From Phoronis australis (Eukaryota; Animalia; Phoronida), in assembly GCA_002633005.1 (NCBI GenBank), contig NMRA01000071.1:202117-266116 (forward strand): a stretch of DNA of 64,000 bases. Reading direction: 5' to 3'. The notes below the pieces were generated by a model. The model worked only from the letters and a program-made list of their open reading frames with translations. It made no database searches and was not told the DNA's origin. Both the position numbers and the translations under genes were made by a program. Shown piece by piece: positions 63,586-64,000 of the stretch (positions are counted from its first letter, which is position 1; the number at the start of each line of letters is the position of its first letter).

Positions 63586-64000
63586 TATTGGTTTGACATC
63601 TACAGTACAAGTATGTTGGTTTTTACATCTACAGTACAAGTACGTTGGTTTGACATCTACGGTACAAGTATGTTGGTTTGACATCTACAGTACAAGAATG
63701 TTGGTTTGACATCTACAGTACAAGTATGTTGGTTTGACATCTACAGTACAAGTATGTTAGCTTGACATCTACAGTACAAATATGTTGGTTTGACATCTAC
63801 AGTACAAATATGTTGGTTTGACATCTACAGTACAAGTATGTTGGTTTGACATCTACAGCACAAGTACGTTGGTTTGACATCTACAGCACAAGTACGTTGG
63901 TTTGACATCTACAGTACAAGCACGTTGGTCTGACATCTACAGTACAAGCATGTTGGTCTGACATCTACAGTGCAAGTATGTTGGTCTGACATCTACAGTG
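63586..64000. repeat. 28-bp minisatellite (ttggtttgacatctacagtacaagtatg), about 15 copies, running off the window
   Basis: Period visible directly. Confidence 0.97.

Overview
This is animal genomic DNA, most likely from a marine invertebrate, and it is very rich in repeats; it is not prokaryotic. Almost the whole window (about 1-56.3 kb) is the 5' part of an unc-13/Munc13 gene on the minus strand. Five coding exons (22, 30, 100, 118 and 124 nt, all with GT-AG sites and compatible phases) splice into a complete C2A domain, [57 protein letters not shown]...DARFELPY, and the gene continues past the left edge of the window. The large introns hold about 25 unrelated minisatellite arrays and many, often nested, transposon derivatives: two Kolobok derivatives (THAP + KolX remnants), hAT-like elements with 5-bp and 8-bp TSDs, Tc1/pogo-type and Harbinger/ISL2EU-type elements, a Helentron-like element with a higher-order satellite, Penelope-like remnants with degenerate hammerheads, a LINE remnant and tRNA-derived heads. 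The most unusual feature is a 72-bp tandem amplification of the 3' end of unc-13 exon 5 together with its splice donor. Nearly all ORFs in the supplied track are artefacts of repeats. All family assignments come from recognising motifs by eye; no database search was run.
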